A stretch of 32,000 bases of DNA from Geobacter metallireducens GS-15 (GTDB lineage Bacteria; Desulfobacterota; Desulfuromonadia; Geobacterales; Geobacteraceae): assembly GCF_000012925.1 (NCBI RefSeq), contig NC_007517.1:1650001-1682000 (forward strand), read 5' to 3'. Below the pieces are notes generated by a model. It saw only the letters and a list, made by a program, of their open reading frames with translations. It was not told the origin of the DNA and ran no database searches. Shown piece after piece: positions 24,548-32,000 of this stretch; the stretch's first letter is position 1; the number at the start of each line of letters is the position of its first letter. The translations under genes were made by a program, and so were the position numbers.

Positions 24548-25591
24548 TCAAACACGCTCCCGGTGCACATGGAAGAAGATGCGCGAGCCGGTGACGGTGC
24601 TTCGGCCGGTATAGAACAGGATCGCAAGCCAGATGCATTGCAGGGGGAGGATGGCGGCCGGGGTCCAGAGGGCAGCGGCGATCCTGCCGGGATCGGGAAT
24701 GATTGGCGTCTCTCCCCGGAAGTAGAAGGCGGTGGCGGCTCCATAGGCAACCGCCAGAATCCCCATGATCTGGTAGGCGGAGATGCGGTTGTCGCCCCGG
24801 TAGTCGTCCCGCAGGAATTCGGACACCGTGCGCCAGAGCTGGGTGATTCCCATGGCGATGAGGAAGGCGAGGGCGAACTGTCCCGAAAGGAAAAGTGCTG
24901 CGCTGGCCAGGGCCGTGGCGGTGTAGAGGACGGCGGTGATCCCCTGGATCGGCACCAGGGGGATTCCGGCCAGGTTTCCGGCGTAGCTTGCCTTTTTCGT
25001 TTCGCTCCGGAAGATGAAGGCCCTCCGCGTCAGAAGGCGGCCGATGAGCGGGTGTGCAGCCGACAGGGGCTTGCCGTAGCAGCAGCCGAAGCTGATGCAG
25101 GCGAGTCGGCCGAATCCTTCCCCCAGGGCATAGGCGCTTGCCACGGCCGCCAGGAGCGCCATGACCGGCAGCCGTCCATCGGCTGGGGCCAGGAGCCGGT
25201 TCATGAGGCTCACCACGAAGGGGGCGGTGATGGTGCCCACAAAGACCGCCCCACCCACGGTGAAGGTGTGGCGCTTCCCCTCGACGATCCGCGCCACCAG
25301 CCGCGATGCCGGGACACAGAGCGCAAGGGTCACGCCAAGGGTGGAGAGGGTGAGGACGAGCGGCGCACCGAGGCTTGCAGCCAGGGCCAGAAAGAGGAGG
25401 GCCGCGGCTCCGTAGGCGTTGGCCGACAGGATGCCGTACCATGTGATGTTCACGCCCTGCCAGCTGCCGTCGGCCTCGCGGGATACCGGCACGGCCGCCG
25501 CCATCTGCCAGCGCTCCGCCGGCAGAAATCTGATTCCCCACCAGAGGTAGATGGCTGACAAAACGGCAGTGACTACTATGAATAGGGTCAT
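24548..25591 (-). CDS. prolipoprotein diacylglyceryl transferase (Lgt)-family membrane protein, paralogue-like
   Basis: 347-aa polytopic membrane ORF. 'GFGRLACISFGCCYGKP', 'IPLVPIQGITAVLY' and 'LWRTVSEFLRDDYRG...ISAYQIMGI' match Lgt-family (PF01790-type) conserved blocks as I recall them. AGGAG lies 6 nt upstream of the ATG. Confidence 0.7.
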   Translation of the reverse strand: MTLFIVVTAVLSAIYLWWGIRFLPAERWQMAAAVPVSREADGSWQGVNITWYGILSANAYGAAALLFLALAASLGAPLVLTLSTLGVTLALCVPASRLVARIVEGKRHTFTVGGAVFVGTITAPFVVSLMNRLLAPADGRLPVMALLAAVASAYALGEGFGRLACISFGCCYGKPLSAAHPLIGRLLTRRAFIFRSETKKASYAGNLAGIPLVPIQGITAVLYTATALASAALFLSGQFALAFLIAMGITQLWRTVSEFLRDDYRGDNRISAYQIMGILAVAYGAATAFYFRGETPIIPDPGRIAAALWTPAAILPLQCIWLAILFYTGRSTVTGSRIFFHVHRERV

Positions 25592-25608
25592 GGACGGCTC
25601 CTGATGGT

Positions 25609-26607
25609 TCAGTTCGTTACCGCAACGGCGATGAGCGAACGGACCTTGACGTCGGTTTCGACCAGGGGGCGCCCGAAACCGTGGGAGAAGCGGCTCGCGG
25701 CCCGGGTGTCGTGCATGTTGCGCACGATGTCGTCGGCAAAGTGCATCCGGTCCCGCTGGAAGATGAGGACATCGGTGCTGCTGCCGGGGCGGTAGAGGCT
25801 CTTGGGCACCCCTCGGCGAAGGAACATGCCGGGCTCGACGGGGCGCGGGGCCGTGTACCCCTCATAGCTGTAGCACTGCACGATCTGGCCGATCATGAGG
25901 GCCACCACCTCGATCATCGCCACGAGCCCCACGCCGGTTCCCCCCGGCACGTCGGTATCGATGACCGTCACCACCCGTCGGTTTTTGGAGAAAGGGGTCG
26001 CTTCGATGACGACGGCTCCCGGGTTGCATGAGTGGTAACCGCCGTCGATTTCATAGATGTCGCGCACCGTTCCCGCCACCGGGGTATGGTTGTAGTGGTA
26101 TTTGTCCGGCGTCAGGCGGAACACGGCGAATTCCCCGCCGGTGAACGCCCGGAGCCATTCCTCCTTGTGGCGGCCCAGCAGCTCCTCGAAGTCGAAGAAC
26201 TTTTCCTTGAGGAAGAGGGCCGAGGTGTCACGAAACGATCCGACCAGCACCCGGGCGTCAGCCGGCGAGACCACGGCCCACTGCACCTCGGGCATGGGAC
26301 GGCACTGCTCGTAGCGGATCCTCCGTTCAAAGACCTTGCGGGGCGTGTCGAGGGACTCGGGCGGATCGAGGCACTCGTCCAAGTCCACTCCGCATTCTTC
26401 CAGAAAACGGCGGTTGCTGCCGAAGGGGAGGTCGAAGTTGATGAAGCCGAGCAGACCCGACGACCAGCTACTGGTGGCCATTTTAAAGAGAAACGGCGCG
26501 TTTTCCCGCGCCCCGTGGTAGAGGAGCCGGATCAGCCGGTCGCCGAAGAGTCGTTCGTTGCAGACAGATCCGCTTTCACGTTCGATGTATTGATGCTGGT
26601 CAATCAT
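25609..26607 (-). CDS. psd: phosphatidylserine decarboxylase-family pyruvoyl enzyme
   Basis: 332-aa ORF. 'FRLTPDKYHYNHTPVAG' fits the PSD pattern L.P.DYHR.H.P..G. 'YRPGSSTDVLIF' is a GS(S/T) self-cleavage site. The ATG overlaps the stop of the upstream 812-aa gene (ATGA at 26604-26607). Confidence 0.85.
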   Translation of the reverse strand: MIDQHQYIERESGSVCNERLFGDRLIRLLYHGARENAPFLFKMATSSWSSGLLGFINFDLPFGSNRRFLEECGVDLDECLDPPESLDTPRKVFERRIRYEQCRPMPEVQWAVVSPADARVLVGSFRDTSALFLKEKFFDFEELLGRHKEEWLRAFTGGEFAVFRLTPDKYHYNHTPVAGTVRDIYEIDGGYHSCNPGAVVIEATPFSKNRRVVTVIDTDVPGGTGVGLVAMIEVVALMIGQIVQCYSYEGYTAPRPVEPGMFLRRGVPKSLYRPGSSTDVLIFQRDRMHFADDIVRNMHDTRAASRFSHGFGRPLVETDVKVRSLIAVAVTN

Positions 26608-29042
26608 TGCAAGTGCCTCACCTTGTGGGCGTTGATACGTGCTGCGGCATGCTCTGTATCGTTCGCAATACTGGCAATAACCAGCGCGATGACCGTCCGC
26701 AGCGACTCGGCCGGCAGGTTTTCGTCGAGTAGGTCGCGCCTGACTCGCCGAAGGTAGGAGGCGCCGCCGCCTCCGCCGGTCAGATCAGCCAGGAGTGTGG
26801 CGGTCGAAGAATCACCTTCCGTCGCCTGCCGGTCGAGGGCAGTGAGCCGTTCTTCGAGCATGTCGAGGGCCTCGCTCAGGTGTCTGAAGCGAAGCCCTTG
26901 CCGATAAAACGATTCCGCCCCCCGGTTGAAATCCGCGGCAGGGGTTGCCATAGCCGAGCGAGTGCCGGTTCCGGCCAGGATTCCCCGCGTGAGCCGTCCC
27001 GCCGCGGTAAGGCGGTCAGGGAGCTCCAGCCGCGCGGTCAGTTCCTCCATCCTCTCTTTCATCCCCAGCATCTCGATCAGGTCTGCGCCATCGGTCATGA
27101 GGGTGCGCACCAGGGCACGGCGGTATTCCTCCACCCGGACCCGAAGGTAGCCCGGGTAGCGCCGGCTCTGCCTGCTGCCGTCCGTCCGTTCGAGAATCGA
27201 CCTGAGGAGCCGGTTGCGGGTGGCCCGGCGGATGTAGATGGTGGGGACTCCCATGGCCGCGGCGAAGAAGATCTGGCGACGCTCGCTCTCGATGACCGGA
27301 TTGTCGGGGATGTCCCGGTGGCTCAGTTTCCCTTCCGCCATGAGCTTGTAGGCAAAGAGGATGACCAGATTCTGGAGGTCGGCGGCGCCCCCCAGGTCGT
27401 CTTCAAAGGACTCGAAGAGGCTGTAGTGGCGCCCCTCGAAGCCGGAGAAGCCCACCACATGCTTCTCGCGGAGCTTGCAGAGGAGATAGACCGACATCTG
27501 AGCGTCGAATATCCCCAGCTCGGCCAGATCGCGCCGCAACCGGTCGCCGTTGCCGACCCTGCCGTCCAGGGCCGGGCTGCGAGTGGTGGAGAGGAGGCTT
27601 ACCAGGTAGTCGATGAGGCGGAAGTCCGGCACGACGTCGCCGGTGAGGCCGAAGAGCCTGCTGATGGAACGGTCGAGCCATTCGGGGCCGAAGGGGGTGA
27701 TGACGTTGCCGAAAAAGGAGAGCCGCGCCTTTTTTCGCCACCGCCGCCAGAGCATCCGCAGGTGGGTGTAGTCCAGTTCGTGGGGGAGGAATCCCAGGGC
27801 CCGCTCCGGGTGAAAGTCGGTGAATCCGAGCCGGTAGGGGGCTGCCGTATAGGTACCGACGAAGAGGGGGAGAAAGTGTTCCGTCGCCTTGATGACCAGA
27901 TCCCCCAGGTGTTTCTCGTGATGGGGCGTGAACCCGGAGGAGGGATCATCGAGGGCGGCGCCCAGCCGCAGGCTTCCCAGGGAGAGGTGGGTGCCGTTGT
28001 TGGCGAGGCTTACGTCAGAGACGCTCGGCAGCACCACCAGGTTGTTCTGGATGATCCCCGCGTCGCGCAGCTTGGCCACGGTGTTGAGGCGGCTGCGGGA
28101 GAGGACCTGGTGGCAGAGGTGCATGTAGCGGTGTTTCTCTTCCCCCCGGTCCCATCCGGAAAGGCAGGGGCTCATGAAGAGATCCCGGTAGAAGGAGTCG
28201 GCGATGAGGCCGTTCAGCTCCTTCTGGCGGACCGGCGGATGGGGTGCCAGATAAACCATGGCCCGTTGTCCGTTGGCGGAGAGGCCGAAGGCGGTATTGG
28301 CGTACATGATCAGGAGTTGCGTCAGAAGATAGCGGATGGCCTTCTCCCGGGCCACCCCCTTGCCCGGACCGCTGCCGGAAGCAGTGGTGACCACGTGGAA
28401 CGAGAAGGTCTCCGGGGAGGTGTTGTCGTTGAGGAAGTGCCCCATGAGGCGCTCCCCCGTGGCACGGATGGCGGGATGGGCGCTGGTGCCGGCGGCATCG
28501 GCCAGGGCCAGCTTGATGAGGTAGCTTACGGGGAGGCGAAGCCACTGTTCGCCGTCTTTCAGGGCGATGAAGCGTCCCGCGTCGCTCCGCTCCCCCGAGG
28601 CAAGATCGGACTTGTTCGCCCTGAGATCGGCGGTGAAGACCCGATCGGCAAAGGGTGAGAGCATCCGGCGGGGAAACCGCACCCAGCTGTTCTCCCAGAC
28701 CTGTTCGCGGTTGCGGGAGAGAAAGCGCTCCAGACCGGACACGGCGCTCCGAGGCGCTTCTCCGGCAGCGGCGCGCCGGGCGATGGCGGCAAAATAGACC
28801 GATTCCTCGATGGCAAGGGGAAGGTCGACGTCTCCCCGTTGTCCGGCGACTGCCGCCTGAAGTTCGGTTTCAGTGCCGGCGGTGGTGTCGCCGGCGGCAA
28901 AGGGGAGCGACGGGGCTCGAACCCCTCCATTCTGCAACTCGGTACCTATTCGGGCCAGGATGTCCGGTATGGGCTCCGACTGTACGGACTCGGTCCTGAT
29001 GTTATTCAACAAGTGCAAGGCATTGTTGTTCGATTGCGACAA
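26604..29042 (-). CDS. large (812 aa) cytoplasmic protein of unknown function
   Basis: Long ORF with protein-like composition and no TM segments or signal peptide. It is translationally coupled to psd. I recognised no catalytic motif by eye. The start is TTG, with AGAGGG 4 nt upstream. The first internal Met is near residue 127, so the start is uncertain. The antisense 592-aa ORF is a shadow ORF. Confidence 0.8.
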   Translation of the reverse strand: MSQSNNNALHLLNNIRTESVQSEPIPDILARIGTELQNGGVRAPSLPFAAGDTTAGTETELQAAVAGQRGDVDLPLAIEESVYFAAIARRAAAGEAPRSAVSGLERFLSRNREQVWENSWVRFPRRMLSPFADRVFTADLRANKSDLASGERSDAGRFIALKDGEQWLRLPVSYLIKLALADAAGTSAHPAIRATGERLMGHFLNDNTSPETFSFHVVTTASGSGPGKGVAREKAIRYLLTQLLIMYANTAFGLSANGQRAMVYLAPHPPVRQKELNGLIADSFYRDLFMSPCLSGWDRGEEKHRYMHLCHQVLSRSRLNTVAKLRDAGIIQNNLVVLPSVSDVSLANNGTHLSLGSLRLGAALDDPSSGFTPHHEKHLGDLVIKATEHFLPLFVGTYTAAPYRLGFTDFHPERALGFLPHELDYTHLRMLWRRWRKKARLSFFGNVITPFGPEWLDRSISRLFGLTGDVVPDFRLIDYLVSLLSTTRSPALDGRVGNGDRLRRDLAELGIFDAQMSVYLLCKLREKHVVGFSGFEGRHYSLFESFEDDLGGAADLQNLVILFAYKLMAEGKLSHRDIPDNPVIESERRQIFFAAAMGVPTIYIRRATRNRLLRSILERTDGSRQSRRYPGYLRVRVEEYRRALVRTLMTDGADLIEMLGMKERMEELTARLELPDRLTAAGRLTRGILAGTGTRSAMATPAADFNRGAESFYRQGLRFRHLSEALDMLEERLTALDRQATEGDSSTATLLADLTGGGGGASYLRRVRRDLLDENLPAESLRTVIALVIASIANDTEHAAARINAHKVRHLQ

Positions 29043-29136
29043 GAGGCCCTCTCGTTCGGTATGTAGCGAGACATAAATTGCTGCAAGATACTATTTACCG
29101 GCTCCTGATGCCTGCTGTTAACGCCAGGTGAATGTT

Positions 29137-29379
29137 CTATGCAGCAGGCCGGTAGCAGGTGCATACGCCGCACTCGCATTCGTGCAGTTCAGCGACCCCA
29201 TGCACCAGTTCCAGCTCGCTCTCCGCAAAGGAGGAGCAGTACCCTTCCAGATTGAACCGGTACACCACCCCTTCGCCCTGGTCATTGGATATTCTGGCCG
29301 TGGTCCCCGGTTCCAGTTCTTCCCTTTCATCCTTCCTTCCGATGAATCGTACGAGATCGCCTTTGACTAACATGCGCAT
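29137..29379 (-). CDS. small (80 aa) protein with a C-terminal CxCxxCxC cluster
   Basis: GAGGAGG lies 7 nt upstream of the ATG. The sequence is MRMLVKGDLVRFIGRKDEREELEPGTTARISNDQGEGVVYRFNLEGYCSSFAESELELVHGVAELHECECGVCTCYRPAA. It is on the same strand as the 812-aa gene and ends 94 nt upstream of it. Confidence 0.6.
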   Translation of the reverse strand: MRMLVKGDLVRFIGRKDEREELEPGTTARISNDQGEGVVYRFNLEGYCSSFAESELELVHGVAELHECECGVCTCYRPAA

Positions 29380-29626
29380 TTCCTCCTCACTCGTTTTACG
29401 TGGCTGACAAATAGAGAGTACCGGGCCGGTGTTGCCGTGAGGTGACGGTCAGGAAAAAACCGTGAAAAATTGAGATGTGGACCCACCACCGCCCCCGAGA
29501 ATGGCTGATGTGCCGTGGTGATGAATTTGGCAAAAATTAATAATCCTGTCGTTCCAATGTAACAGTCCGGGCGTAGGCTTGCCTGCATCGGAACCATCGG
29601 TACCCACTCTACTGACGAGGTGAACC

Positions 29627-32000
<2,374 letters not shown>

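Noticed and set aside
26604-29042. Weak resemblance of 'NNGTHLSLGS' in the 812-aa protein to the glutamine-synthetase-type 'NGSGMHxHxSL' motif, and of 'HHEKHLGD' to HKD or HExxH motifs
   Set aside because: The spacing does not fit either HxK(x)4D or HExxH. The GS-like match is a single short degenerate string. This is too weak to support a family call without a profile search.

Overview
High-GC (>60% by eye) bacterial chromosomal segment. Gene content and codon usage resemble Geobacter-type Desulfuromonadota, but that is inference only. The ends of the window look like core metabolism: an alpha/beta hydrolase and an acyl-CoA synthetase at the 5' end, and galE and glmS at the 3' end. In between I see six regions. 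(1) A minus-strand partner-switching operon with a CBS-PP2C phosphatase, a GHKL kinase-like protein, a STAS protein and a 48-aa trailing ORF. (2) A helix-hairpin-helix protein. (3) A 46-aa transposase-type zinc-ribbon ORF translationally coupled to a secreted beta-rich protein. (4) An ~8 kb accessory island dominated by a 2294-aa Sec-signal RHS/YD-repeat polymorphic toxin. This toxin has an LRR N-terminus, a degenerate transglutaminase-like domain, an Ig-like array, an RHS shell, a DPNGL cleavage motif and a low-GC HExxH C-terminal tip, and it overlaps a low-GC lipoprotein immunity gene by ATGA. (5) A translationally coupled alpha/beta-hydrolase + GH3 adenylating-enzyme pair. (6) A long minus-strand block encoding a small Cys-rich protein, an 812-aa unknown protein, a phosphatidylserine decarboxylase, an Lgt-family transferase, a secreted protein, a PHP-GT4 fusion and a secreted glycosidase-like protein. 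The most unusual structure lies just downstream of the immunity gene. It is a frame-preserving, indel-free 550-nt diverged copy of an INTERNAL Ig-like segment of the rhs gene, not a toxin tip. It is bracketed by a 26-27-nt direct repeat that recurs at the module junctions of the island. I read it as a candidate silent donor cassette for diversifying the targeting end of the toxin; this is inference. No rRNA, tRNA, CRISPR array or intact IS element was seen. Many long antisense ORFs in the track are GC-driven shadows.
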